A stretch of 22,833 nucleotides of DNA. Source: Paramoeba atlantica. Its lineage: Eukaryota; Protista; Discosea. The number at the start of each line of letters is the position of its first letter. Position 1 is the first letter of the stretch. Positions 1-11,124 of the stretch are shown here, one piece after another. The notes beneath the pieces were generated by a model. The model did not search any database. It was not told the origin of the DNA and saw only the letters and a program-made list of their open reading frames with translations. Location of the stretch: positions 1 through 22,833 of the forward strand of contig CDRNVI010000232.1 in the NCBI GenBank assembly GCA_977017575.1. The letters are read 5' to 3'. Made by a program: the position numbers and the translations under genes.

Positions 1-492
1 AGGATTACCACATTATTTACTGGACTTTTTTTGTTTGCAACGATCATGGTTAGCGCCCAAGATATTTCAGAACATGCATTAGGGCTCCGACTTGGGGACA
101 GTGATGGTTTTGGGGCGGAAATTTCCTATCAAAAATCTATAGGCCGTTATAACCGGGCCGAGTTTAACCTTGGTTGGCGGGACAGTCGGAATTTTGATGC
201 TTTTAAGTTATCCGGTGTGTACCAGTGGGTGCATCAATTGGATGGAAATTTTAACTGGTACTACGGTGTAGGTGGCGGTTTGGGAAGTGTAGAATTTGAT
301 CCCATACCCGGAGGAAATGACAATGATGGCCTTTTTGTATTTGCCGCTGGGGATATCGGGGTCGAATACAATTTTGACATCCCTTTGTTACTTTCCTTGG
401 ATTTTAGACCTGAAATAGGGCTTATTGGATATGATGGATTCAACGATGATTTCGATTTTGACATTGCCCTAGGGATTCGATACCAATTTTGA
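1..492 (+). CDS. Outer-membrane beta-barrel protein (Bacteroidota type), 5' end just outside the window
   Basis: Frame is open from base 1 (RITTLFTGLFLFATIMVSAQ, signal-peptide-like). Alternating aromatic/Gly beta-strand pattern (NWYYGVGGGLG, GDIGVEYNF) and C-terminal GIRYQF with terminal Phe, typical of BAM substrates. Confidence 0.7.
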   Translation, partial: RITTLFTGLFLFATIMVSAQDISEHALGLRLGDSDGFGAEISYQKSIGRYNRAEFNLGWRDSRNFDAFKLSGVYQWVHQLDGNFNWYYGVGGGLGSVEFDPIPGGNDNDGLFVFAAGDIGVEYNFDIPLLLSLDFRPEIGLIGYDGFNDDFDFDIALGIRYQF

Positions 493-512
493 TAAGTAAG
501 AACAAATTGTTG

Positions 513-547
513 GCCCTTGACGTTTAAGAAAAGTTAAGGGCTTTTTT
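513..547 (+). terminator. Rho-independent terminator
   Basis: Stem GCCCTTGAC (513-521) / GTTAAGGGC (533-541) with one G-U pair, followed by TTTTTT, about 20 nt after the beta-barrel stop. Confidence 0.7.
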
Positions 548-590
548 ATGCCACAAGTATTAAATACCTTAGCGACTTAAAATAGCTAGA

Positions 591-1698
591 ATGAAAAAAA
601 TATTGACGATTACTTTGGGGGTCTTGTTTTTGGCTTCATGCAATTCAAAACCGGAAGGTTTCACCCTGAATGCCACTGTTACTGGTGATTTGGACAATGG
701 TACCCAAGTTTTCTTAAAAACAACAGATTCTGTGAATCAGTTGATTGATGTTGATACAACCACCGTGGAAAATGGTGCCTTTGCGTTCACAGGTTCGCAA
801 AAGAGCCTAAGCTGTACTATATTTTTGTTGAATCCAATAGAGGTAACGTACCCTTGGTTTTGGAAAATGGGGATATAGACCTAAGATTCCAAAAGGATAG
901 CATGAACTATGCCCGGTTAAAAGGTACGTCTCAAAATGATTTCTTTATGAATTTTTGGGCGAATCCAGAAAACTTTCTGAGCGTGCAAGATCCATGCAAG
1001 ATGATATGAGGGTGGCTGCACAGCAGCAAGATACCGCTTCGGTTACAGCACTTCGGGAAGAGTACATCGAGTTTCAGGATGAGGTAAAAACTTTCAACAT
1101 TGATTTTGCCCGGGAAAATCCAGATGCCCTTATATCCGTGTTGATCATCAGCAACCTAATGATGAGCAAGGCGGTTCCCAACCAGGAAATCAAAACACTC
1201 TATGAAGCACTTTCACCCGAAATGAAGGCTTCCTCCCCTGGCTCAAGATTAAAAGAGCAATTGGATAAGAACAAATCAACGGAGATTGGTGGCGTTGCCC
1301 CAGAATTTTCTGCACCCACGCCAGATGGCAGTACATTGGCGCTTAGTGATGTTAAGGGCAAGGTGACCCTGGTCGATTTTTGGGCCGCATGGTGTAGACC
1401 TTGCAGGGCAGAAAACCCAAATATAGTTTCCGTTTACAACAAATACCATGAGAAGGGATTAAATGTTATCGGGGTTTCTTTAGATACACGTGCCGAGGAC
1501 TGGACAAAAGCAATTGAGGCAGATGGATTGGCTTGGAACCACATCTCAAACCTAAAACGTTTTCAGGATCCCGTGGCTCGCTTATACAACATCAATGCTA
1601 TCCCAGCTGCATTTCTTTTGGATGAAAATGGAGTTATCGTTGCCAAAGATTTACGTGGACCGGCTTTGGAACAAAAGGTGGCTGAACTTCTTAATTAG
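591..1698 (+). CDS. TlpA-like thiol:disulfide oxidoreductase lipoprotein (DUF4369-type N-domain plus redoxin domain); two -1 homopolymer frameshifts
   Basis: Lipobox-like FLASC. DFWAAWCRPC thioredoxin motif and INAIPAAFLLDENG. ORFs 591-878 and 955-1698 join through an intermediate frame (EPKLYYIFVESNRGNVPLVLENGDI...) if one A is added near 800 and one T near 955. Confidence 0.88.
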
Positions 1699-1720
1699 AA
1701 TTCAAAAAACAAACATGTGT

Positions 1721-1752
1721 AAAGCCGAAGGTTACCACCCTTCGGCTTTTTT
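1721..1752. terminator. Intrinsic terminator between convergent genes, possibly bidirectional
   Basis: Perfect 11-bp stem AAAGCCGAAGG (1721-1731) / CCTTCGGCTTT (1739-1749), 7-nt loop, T-run after it; lies between the redoxin and rhomboid stops. Confidence 0.85.
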
Positions 1753-1765
1753 GATTTATCCCTTA

Positions 1766-2416
1766 TTATATTTTCCCCATCTTCTCCAAAACAAAAAGAA
1801 TAAGAATGGGTATGGCCAACAAGACCACAATAAAAGTATCGGTTGCAAAGAGTTCAGGTCTAAAAAGCAAAGTCGTTGCATAACCGCCGATTGCCCCACC
1901 AAAATGCGCAGTATGCCCTATATTTCCCAATCTGCTTTTCATACCATAAATGGAGTACAGTAGATATGCAATCCCCAGCACATAGGCAGGTACAGGGATG
2001 GGTATGAACATAATCCCCAAGCGCATATCTGGATTAAGTAAAATTGCGGCATATAGAATTCCGGTAACAGCTCCGCTGGCACCCACTGCGCTGTAATAGG
2101 GTTCATTTTTGTGAAAAAAAAGCGCCAAAAGGCTTCCCCCTACAAGGCTGATAAAGTAAATAATCAAAAATTTTCCGGCACCAAACGAACTGATGACCAC
2201 ATTGGCAAAAAAATAGAGCGTGAACATATTAAAAAACAAATGGGATATGTCCACATGCAGAAAACCAGAGGTCACCGCTCTTTCCCTTTGTCCAGCTTGT
2301 ATTCCGCCTATGCTAAACTTATATCGGTCAAAAAAAACAGCATCTTTAAATCCCCGTAAAGAGATTAAAATATTGGCCGCAATGATAGCAATGGTAGCGG
2401 CGTGCAAATTGTACAT
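1766..2416 (-). CDS. Rhomboid family intramembrane serine protease
   Basis: HLFFNMFTLYFFA, catalytic GASG, and HTAHFGGAIGG motifs; multiple hydrophobic segments. Confidence 0.93.
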   Translation of the reverse strand: MYNLHAATIAIIAANILISLRGFKDAVFFDRYKFSIGGIQAGQRERAVTSGFLHVDISHLFFNMFTLYFFANVVISSFGAGKFLIIYFISLVGGSLLALFFHKNEPYYSAVGASGAVTGILYAAILLNPDMRLGIMFIPIPVPAYVLGIAYLLYSIYGMKSRLGNIGHTAHFGGAIGGYATTLLFRPELFATDTFIVVLLAIPILILFVLEKMGKI

Positions 2417-2435
2417 AGGCTATAAGGTTTGGGCC

Positions 2436-2453
2436 CAAATATAGCTATATTTG
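2436..2453. promoter_or_regulatory. Back-to-back Bacteroidota -7 promoter elements (TAnnTTTG) forming an 18-bp palindrome
   Basis: CAAATATAGCTATATTTG is a perfect palindrome. TATATTTG reads on + (2446-2453) toward the acyltransferase ATG at 2469 and on - (2443-2436) toward the rhomboid ATG at 2416. Confidence 0.6.
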
Positions 2454-2468
2454 CCACAAGATTTACGT

Positions 2469-3357
2469 ATGCAATTAGTAGTTTTTCATCCTTGCCTATC
2501 CCCTACTCTGGTTGATTTCCAGACTTCCATTTAGAATACTTTATTTCATTTCTAATATTGTATATCAAATGCTTTACCATGTCTTCGGTTATCGAAAAAA
2601 GTGGTTCGAGGAAATTTGGCATTGGCATTTCCAAATAAAACAAGTACAGAGCGTTTAACCATCGAGAAAAAGTTCTACAAACATCTTTGTGATATGTTTT
2701 TGGAAATGGTAAAAACATTGGGAATCAGTAATGCACAAATGAAAAAAAGGTATGTTTTTACCAATGTGGAAGAGGTTATACAGTTTGAGAAAAAAGGTAA
2801 AAATGTAATGATAATGATGCCCCACTATGCAAGTTGGGAATGGGTTTTTTCCTTAAACTCTCAACTAAGTTCCAGGGCATATGCGATATACCAAGCCATT
2901 CAGAATAAGCACTTTGACAAATTGGTGCGTGATATCCGTAGTAAATACGGCACAACACTCATTCGGACTAATGAAAGTCGGAAAATAATAAACGAAGCAA
3001 AGACAAGTGGTCAGTTGATTACCGTTGGCATTATAAGCGACCAATCTCCTATGTTGAATAGGGCGAGACATTGGGCCAAATTCATGAACATTATGGTTCC
3101 AGTTCATGTTGGCGGGGAAGAGCTTTGTAAAGAACATGATATTGTACCGATTTATCTTAAAGTTAAAAAACTAAAACGCGGGTACTATCAAGGTACTTTC
3201 AAGGTACTTGCCGAGAAACCCAGAGAAGTTGATAATTACAAAATATCCGAGGCATTTTTGAGCGAGACGGAAAAATCGATTTATGAAGCACCCGAATATT
3301 ATTTTTGGACGCATAAAAGATGGAAGCACAAAGACAAAATGCCAAAGAAATTTCTAA
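2469..3357 (+). CDS. Lipid A biosynthesis (LpxL/LpxP-family) lysophospholipid acyltransferase; homopolymer frameshifts
   Basis: MQLVVFILAYPLLWLISRLPF start recovered by fixing a T-run (~2482) and an A-run (~2595). Motifs PHYASWE, IISDQSP and YYFWTHKRWKH. Removing one T at 3351-3353 gives KKF-TAA at 3355-3357; as written the frame runs on to 3560, so the 3' end is inferred. Confidence 0.85.
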
Positions 3358-3395
3358 ACTCACCCGGTGCCCATGCCGGTAAGAAAAGCAATTTA

Positions 3396-3560
3396 AAAAC
3401 CCTTACATTTTTATTGCTTTTGTTTTCGGTTACCTACTTTTTGAAACACCATAGAATCCTGGCCTCAGACCGGCCTGGATTTGGAAAAAGTCGTCCGTTG
3501 AGAAAGAGAATCATTTTATCGTTTGGAGTCAAGAAAAACTGGTTAAGGAAATCCTATTAA
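3396..3560 (+). pseudogene. Possible relic of an alpha/beta-hydrolase gene
   Basis: Frame reads KTLTFLLLLFSVTYFLKHHRILASDRPGFGKS. The last part matches the alpha/beta-hydrolase xxIAxDxPGFGxS motif. No start codon, and it stops about 23 codons after the motif. Confidence 0.35.
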
Positions 3561-3659
3561 GTTGGGTGGGCACGGATTAAATTCTTCTATTGATAAGTTC
3601 CGCAAAGTTGTTGGTCTAAATTAAATGGGAATACTTAACAAATTCCATATACTTCCTGT

Positions 3660-4653
3660 ATGGAAATTTTATCGACACTTTTGAACGAGGTTCTAGGCTT
3701 TTTAGGAATATCCCAAGTTTTGGAAATCCTCAAAACCGGTGACTATGCCGCATTTAGAACTTATGAAGGAATAGCATCACTTATATATCCCAATAATACC
3801 ACTACTCTTATTATTGGAATTGGCTGTAGGATTGATCTACAAGAAACCGCAGATCAAGGTCTACAAAGTTAATTTCCTGATTTACATATTCAATCGGTTT
3901 GTAGGACGGTTTATTTCTATCGCTATGGTCGCCTTCAGTATTGGTGTTTTTAGTGCTTATGCACCTTTTAAAACAAGTAACACCTGGTATTGGTTCATCT
4001 ATGCCTACATCGTTTGGGAGCTTGGTCATTTTGTGTATCATTATTTAGGACACAAAGTGCGGCTTTTTTGGTGTCTGCACTCTACCCACCACGCTCCAGA
4101 AGAAATGAACCTATCTGTAACCCATGCCCATTTTTTCTTGGAGGCTCCCTACGCAGACATCATCAGAACCACCGTCTGTATCCTTCTTGGTGTACAGCCT
4201 GAACTTTTGTTTACCGTTATGTTCATTGATGGTACGTATGGGGCCTTTATCCATATTGGAGAAAATATGATCAAGGATGCCCGTTTTGGTTTTTTGAACA
4301 AATTGATGCTCACTCCGTCGCACCATCGAGTACATCATGCAAGAAACCCGTTGTACATGGATACCAATTTTTGTAATCTTTTAAACATTTGGGATAGGGT
4401 GTTTGGTACCTATCAAGAAGAGCAAAGAAATGTTCAAATAGAATATGGGATAACCCGAGAAATGGACTCCGGAAATTTTATGGATGTATATTTTGGTGAA
4501 ATCACCGCTTTGGCAAAGGATGTTATAAAAGCACCAGGACTTGGGAACAAACTGCTTTATTTGGTCAAGCCGCCGGGGTGGAGCCATACTGGCGAACATA
4601 AAACCGCAAAGATGGTCAGGAGTGACTACCTAAAAGCTGGGCCTGGAGTTTAA
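3660..4653 (+). CDS. Sterol desaturase / fatty acid hydroxylase superfamily membrane protein; one +1 frameshift at CCC ~3789-3791
   Basis: Histidine boxes HYLGH, HSTHH and HHRVHH, then DTNFCNLLNIWDRVFGT. ORF 3660-3872 joins 3814-4653 by removing one C. Confidence 0.9.
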
Positions 4654-4720
4654 ATTTTTCTTAAAGTTTGGACGTTGGCTGTTTTGTTTCCTAAATTGAA
4701 CTTAATTCAAAAACCAAGAA

Positions 4721-5260
4721 ATGAAACAGTTAATCACCTCCCTCTTCTTACTTTGTAGCATATTATCCTTTGGGCAAAAAGACAATACCGTCTCCAAGGA
4801 AATTGTTGATGCCATTAAACAAGACGTTTGGATTCCCTTTATGGAATCGTATGTAGAATTGAACCCCAATAAGCTAAAATCCATTCATTCCCAGGAAATT
4901 GTTCGGGTAACCATTGACCAGAATGAGATTAAATCGGGTGAAAGCTACCTGGAACATTTTGGTGGTTTCTTGGTCAATGTAAAACAACGTGGAAGTAAAG
5001 TGGGCATTGCCTTTGCCATTTTATCCACCGCTATTGATAAAAGTGAGGAAATGGCCTACCAAACTGGCTACTATCGCTTTAGCTCCCAAGGTAAAAAGGA
5101 TGACGAAATGGTGGTTCGAGGCTATGGTTATTTCAACGTTGGCCTAAAGTTGGAAGATGGAATATGGAAAATATGGCTAGACTCGGATAAGAAATCGGAC
5201 ATCTCCCATTCAGACTTCAGCAAACTAAAAACCCTTTACGAAATAGAAGGACCTTCCTAG
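4721..5260 (+). CDS. Secreted NTF2-like / SnoaL-fold (DUF4440-like) protein
   Basis: Signal peptide MKQLITSLFLLCSILSFGQ. MAYQTGYYRF and LKLEDGIWKIWLDSD resemble NTF2-fold C-terminal strands. Confidence 0.6.
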   Translation: MKQLITSLFLLCSILSFGQKDNTVSKEIVDAIKQDVWIPFMESYVELNPNKLKSIHSQEIVRVTIDQNEIKSGESYLEHFGGFLVNVKQRGSKVGIAFAILSTAIDKSEEMAYQTGYYRFSSQGKKDDEMVVRGYGYFNVGLKLEDGIWKIWLDSDKKSDISHSDFSKLKTLYEIEGPS

Positions 5261-6647
5261 GCCAGCCCTGCAACTTCTTTTATTTCTTCAATAATCCGGT
5301 CTGCTAACCCATCTGCTTCTGCTTGGGATTTAGCTTCCGTGTAGATTCGTATAATGGGCTCGGTATTTGACTTGCGCAAGTGCACCCAGTTTTCCGAGAA
5401 GTCAATTTTTACCCCATCTATGGTGGATACTTCTTCTCCTTTGTACTTATTGTACATGGCTTCTAAAAGTGCATCAACGTCCAACTCCGGGGTAAGTTGA
5501 ATTTTCTTTTTGCTCATAAAATAGCTGGGGTAACTTGCTCTTAATTCAGCTACTGTTCCTCCTTTTTCTGACATTAGCATCAAAAACAACGCGGTCCCCA
5601 CCAAGGAATCACGTCCATAATGGCTTTCGGGATAAATAATTCCGCCATTGCCCTCTCCACCAATAATGGCTTGGTTTTCCTTCATTTTGGTCACCACGTT
5701 TACTTCACCTACCGCTGCAGCTTCATACGTACCTCCATGTTTTTGGGAGATATCTCGTAGGGCTCTGGAAGATGATAAATTGGAAACGGTATTACCTTTT
5801 GTTTTACCCAAGACATAATCTGCACAGGCCACCAAGGTATATTCTTCCCCAAACATTTCTCCATCATTGCTAATGAATGCCAAGCGGTCCACATCTGGGT
5901 CCACTACGATCCCAAAATCCGCCTGCTCTTTAACAACCATTTCGCAAATATCTCCAAGGTGCTCCTTTAAGGGTTCAGGATTGTGCGGAAAATGTCCAGT
6001 GGGTTCGCAATATAGTTTAACCACCTCTACGCCCAATTCCTCCAAGAGTTTTGGGATGGCAATTCCGCCAGTAGAATTTACACCATCTACAACTACCTTA
6101 AATCCGGCTTTTTTGATGATTTCCTGGTCAACCAAGGGTAGATTAAGTACTTCGTCTATATGGATATCGATATAGGAATCGTTTTTGGTGATAGTACCTA
6201 AATCATCCACTTCTGCAAAATTAAAATCTTCTCTTTCTGCCAATTCCAGTATAATTGCTCCTTGTTTGGCGTCCAAAAATTCACCCCTTTCGTTCAAAAG
6301 TTTTAGGGCATTCCATTGTTTAGGATTATGACTTGCGGTCAAAATAATTCCTCCGTCCGCCTTTTCCAAGGGCACCGCAATCTCTACCGTAGGTGTCGTT
6401 GACAATCCTAAGTCAACTACATCAATACCAAGTCCAACCAGGGTGGACACCACCAAATTTTGGATCATTTCCCAGATAACCGAGCATCACGACCAATTAC
6501 AACGGTCAAATCGGTCTTTCCAGAATATTCTTTTAGCCAGGTACCATATGCGGCCGCAAACTTAACGGCATCAATTGGGGTTAGGTTATCATTGGTTGTT
6601 CCTCCTATGGTTCCTCGAATTCCAGAAATGGATTTGATTAGCGTCAT
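5257..6647 (-). CDS. glmM: Phosphoglucosamine mutase; one -1 frameshift near 6468
   Basis: MTLIKSISGIRG start, GRDAR, phosphoserine motif TASHNP, metal-binding DPDVDR, GGEGNGG and SNTEPIIRIY. Confidence 0.92.
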
Positions 6648-6665
6648 GTGTTAAAAAAGTTTTTG

Positions 6666-6673
6666 CAAATATA
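6666..6673 (-). promoter_or_regulatory. Bacteroidota -7 promoter element for glmM
   Basis: TATATTTG on the minus strand, 18 nt upstream of the glmM ATG; no clear -33 TTG seen. Confidence 0.45.
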
Positions 6674-6734
6674 GAACGCTGTTGGCGATTCCATGTTTCG
6701 AATTTGTAAATTTCAACTGAAAAAAATTGCACTG

Positions 6735-7329
6735 ATGAACTTTTTGGCACATATCTATCTTTCCTTTGATGACAAGGAAATTACCTTGGGCAATTTTCTT
6801 TGCGGACCACATACGTGGAAATAAATTCAAACATTTTCCGGAACGCATCCAAAAAGGAATCTTGTTGCACAGGGAGATAGACACATACACCGATTCTCAT
6901 CCCATAGCCAAACAGAGTAGCAAAAGACTTCATAAAAACTACAGCCATTACAGCAGAGTGATTGTGGATATTTTTTATGATCATTTTTTAGCAAAGAATT
7001 GGATGCAATATTCCTCAACCCCTCTTCAAGATTATGTAGAGAATTTTTACGACCTCTTAGAGGATAATTATTCCATTTTGCCCTTGGCCACCCAACGAAT
7101 CATGCCCTACATGGTTGCAGACAACTGGTTATATAGTTATGCTGACCTTAAAGGTATTTCTAAAGTGTTGGACGGAATGAACCGAAGAACCAAAAACAAA
7201 TCCAAGATGAATTTTGCCATTTTTGACTTGGAGGAGCATTACAGTTCCTTTGAAAATGAATTCACCAGTTTTTTTGAAGAATTGATTACCTTTTCCCGAG
7301 AAAAATACAATTCCTTATGCGAAAATTAA
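6735..7329 (+). CDS. acpH: Acyl carrier protein phosphodiesterase (AcpH/DUF479 family); one +1 frameshift in T-run ~6795
   Basis: True start at 6735 gives MNFLAHIYLS...GNF, which joins ADHIRG...LHREIDTYTDSHP, IVDIFYDHFLA and the rest of ORF 6766-7329. Confidence 0.85.
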
Positions 7330-8959
7330 TACTAGTACTCCCACTCTTACTGTTCCTACATTGTAAAAAGCAACCCGCAACTCCAACCGGATTGGTTACC
7401 GAAAAGGCTATGGTGGTCACCGCACGGAAAGAAGCATCTGAAATTGGTTCCGCTGTCATGCAAAAAGGAGGCAATGCTTTTGACGCCATGGTGGCAACTG
7501 AACTTGCTTTGGCCGTTGCCTATCCCTTTGCTGGAAACTTAGGTGGTGGTGGATTTATGGTGTATAGAAAAAATAACGGTGATGTTGGTGGACTGGATTA
7601 CCGGGAAAAAGCTCCTTTATCCGCCCATAAGGATATGTACTTGGACTCATTGGGCAATGTAATCCCCGATATGAGCACGATAGGAGCTACCGCAGTAGGC
7701 GTTCCTGGTACAGTTGCTGGAGTAATGGCGGTTCATGAGAAGTTTGGCTCCTTACCCCTATCCGAATTGTTAAAACCAGTAGTTGCCTTGGCTGAAAAAG
7801 GGGTTGTGGTCACCCAAAAACAGGCTAAAAGATTGGAAGCGTATAAAGAACGTTTTGTACAAGTAAATGGGGACAGCACCAAGTTTGCACAGGATATTAA
7901 AGCTGGAGATACCCTTAAGTATCCGGCATTGGCCAAAACGCTAACTAGTATTCTCGAAAAAGGAAAAGATGGATTCTACGCAGGTGAAGTAGCTCAGAAA
8001 TTAGCCACTTTCATTCAAGAAAATGGGGGATTTGTAACTGAGGAAGACTTAGCAAAATATGAAGCCATATGGAGAGATCCTATTGTTTTTGAGTATAAGG
8101 ATCTTAAAATGATTTCCATGAGCCCTCCCAGTAGCGGCGGGTTACCATAAATCAAATATTTAAAATGATGGAGCCCTACGACATAGCCAAGTTTGGGCAC
8201 AACTCGCCAAAGGCCATACAACTTTTTACGGAAGCTTCAAGAAGAGCTTATGCCGACCGGAACTATTTTTTAGGCGATCCTGATTTTGTGGATATCCCAC
8301 TTGAGACCATTTTAAACGACACCTATTTGGAAGAACGAATGCATGATTTTTCCTTTGATAAAGCTACCCTATCTTCAGACGTTAGTCATGGAGCAGTAGA
8401 AATCGTTGAAAGTATGGAAACCACCCATTATTCCATTGTCGATGCCGATGGGAACGCCATTTCTGCCACCACAACCTTAAATGGAGGTTATGGGTCCAAG
8501 TTGTATTCCGCTGAACTGGGCTTCTTTCTAAACAATGAAATGGATGATTTTAGCGCAAAACCTGGAGTGCCTAACATGTTTGGACTTATAGGTGCGGAGG
8601 CCAACAGTATTGCCCCTGAAAAAAGAATGTTAAGCAGTATGACCCCAACTATTGTAGAGAAAGATGGAAAACTATATATGGTGGTTGGAACCCCAGGCGG
8701 GTCAACCATTATAACGGCAGTGGCCCAGACCATTCTTAATGTTTATGAATTTAACTTAAGCATGCAGGAGGCTGTGAATGCCCCACGTTTCCATCACCAA
8801 TGGTTACCAGATATGGTCATTTTTGAACCAGAAGGTTTTCCCGAAGCTCTCAAAACTGGGTTAAAGTCCAAGGGGTATATCATTAACGAAAGTAGAACTC
8901 CAATCATAGGAAAAGTAGATGCCATTCGCGTTTTGGAAAACAATAAACTAGAAGGCGGG
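7317..8959 (+). CDS. ggt: Gamma-glutamyltransferase, one -1 frameshift (~8140), C-terminus truncated by the junction
   Basis: GGNAFDA, GNLGGGGF, DYREKAP, PPSSGG, catalytic ETTHYSIVD, NNEMDDF, LSSMTPT and GTPGGSTI. Homology ends at KLEGG; the usual terminal ADxRG-type residues are replaced by antisense nad1 sequence. Confidence 0.93.
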
Positions 8960-8960
8960 T
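8959..8960. other. Bacterial / mitochondrial junction (probable chimera)
   Basis: ...GAA GGC GGG | TTGTATATAACC...: ggt codons on the left, antisense nad1 (GYIQ) on the right; base composition changes abruptly. Confidence 0.9.
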
Positions 8961-9079
8961 TGTATATAACCCATAACTTTTCTTTCAAAAACTGTAAAAA
9001 TAACTACAGTTACTAATACAGGTACTATTAAAATTAAATATTTTAATATTGTTATAATTAAAGTTAACAAAAAATTCAT
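8960..9079 (-). CDS. nad1: NADH dehydrogenase subunit 1, first 40 codons only (cut by junction)
   Basis: MNFLLTLIITILKYLILIVPVLVTVVIFTVFERKVMGYIQ; ERKVMxxxQ is the conserved Nad1 motif preceding RRxGPN. Not in the ORF track. Confidence 0.9.
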
Positions 9080-9092
9080 ATTTTAAAATCTT

Positions 9093-11123
9093 TTAATGAA
9101 AATTATTATATATTTTTTTAGAATTAATTAAACAACTGTTTAAAATTTTTGATGATTGTAAAAATTTATTATTAGAATATATATTAGTCATATTTTTATA
9201 TAAATTTTTATTTTTCAAAACCATAATATTTTTATAATTTGATATTTCATTATTATTATATATATTTAATATAGTATTTATATTTATATTATAAGAACTT
9301 AATAATAATCTAATATTACTAAAAGATAATTTCATAATCTTTTCATCACTAATAATTGTTTTAAATAATATATATAATATTTTTCAATCATTTCTTGCAT
9401 TCTTCGGCGGAAATAAAATAAATTTTGTCGATTGACAATAACCAAATATATTTATAAATAAACTTTTTTTTTCATAATGAGTTATTGATGGTAATAATAA
9501 ATCATAATTATTAATTTCTTTTAATATAGGTAAATAACAACCTTGAAAAATATTATAATCACAATTATAATTTAAATAATTATAATTATAATTATTTAAA
9601 TTATATAAAATATTATTTTCTTTATAAATCATTTTTTTAAAACTATAATCATTAAATTTTACTAATGAATTAAATAAATTTAATTCATTAGCTATAATAT
9701 TTATATTTAAATTATTTAAAAACCCTATATTAATACTTGATTCTAAATTTAAATTTTTCAATGTTGTAATTAAAAAATTAAATAAAGTATTATCATTTAA
9801 TAAAATTAAATTTTTAGATGATGCTTTTAATACAATATTATTTAATAAAGATTTTCCCTCTATAAATTTTTTACTTCTAATAAATTAGATGAATAATTTA
9901 TATTTTTATAATTTTGATTATAAGAGGTCCCTATATTATAAATATTTAATAATTTTAAATCTTTAAATCGTTTTAACTTTATATTTAATAAAGGATATTC
10001 TAATCTAATATTTATATTAATTAATATAATATTTTTAAATTCATTTAATTCTTTATATATATTATAATCTAAAATATAATTTTTACGATTATTTGAATTC
10101 CTAGTTAATTTTTTATAATTAATAGTAAATTCATGATTATTAAAATAATTTTTTCCTTTTTTTATTACTAAAGCAGTTTCACTATCTATATTATCACCTA
10201 TTAAAAATGTAAATTACTATTTAAACATTTTTTTAATATTAAATTTAATACTTTTTCTCAACTATATATAATAAATTTATTTGCACCTTCCTTTTTTAAA
10301 GGATTAATTATTCGATTATTCTTTTGATTATCATAAGAAAAACGAGTTAGATCTGAGATTCAGATCTCATGTATATAATCATTAAATAAAGGTAAAACTC
10401 TTAATATTTCACTATCTCTAATATCTATTCTAATATTTATATGTAATAAATCATTAATATCTATAGTATTTCAAGAAATAAGTTCTCAAGTCTAGAAATG
10501 AATGAATAAGGTTTAGAAGTTAAAGCACCTACAGGGCATAAATCAATTAAATTACCAGATAATTCCGAATTAATATTTTTTGATAAAAAATTACTTATTT
10601 CTATATTTTGTCCTCGACCTATCAAACCAAAATATTTATAACCAATAAACTCATCTATAAAACGTATACATCTAGTACAATGAATACATCTTGTCATAAT
10701 AGTTTTTATTAAAGGTCCACAATCTTTATCATTAACAGATCTTTTATTTTCATAAAATCTACCTCTATCATTACCAAAAATTAATGATTGATCTTGTAAA
10801 TCACATTCACCTCCTTGATCACAAATAGGACAATCTAATGGATGATTTAATAATAAAAATTCTAAAACACCTTCTCTAGTCTTTTTAACTAATTTAGTAT
10901 TAGTTAATATATGCATATTATTATTTAAAGGGGATGCACAAGAAGCTATAGGTTTTATAGCTCCTTTTACTTCAACTAAACACATTCTACAATTACCTGC
11001 TATAGATAATTGTTCATGATAACAAAATTTTGGTATATCTATATTAATCATATTACATAATTGTAATATAGTTTTCATATTATTATCTTTAACTGCAATA
11101 TTATTTATTTTATAATTATTCAT
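9093..11123 (-). CDS. nad11: NADH dehydrogenase subunit 11 (75-kDa / NuoG homologue), full length; three -1 homopolymer frameshifts
   Basis: Fe-S motifs [36 protein letters not shown] and CPVGAL. The downstream part is recovered across shifts (~10489, ~10205, ~9870): [33 protein letters not shown] and ARNDW(TGA). About 677 aa. Confidence 0.93.
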
Positions 11124-11124
11124 T

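Noticed and set aside
565-572. TACCTTAG as a -7 promoter for the redoxin gene
   Set aside because: One mismatch to TAnnTTTG and no convincing -33 element; plausible but unsupported.
591-8959. Cluster of bacterial pseudogenes or programmed frameshifting
   Set aside because: Breaks sit in homopolymer runs, include essential glmM, and the same pattern occurs in the mitochondrial half; sequencing error is simpler.
261-8988. Many short overlapping ORFs (e.g. 261-464, 1595-1963, 2111-2359, 2503-2718, 5867-6175, 6651-6890, 8488-8733)
   Set aside because: Antisense or alternate-frame shadows of well-supported genes, with no recognisable motifs.
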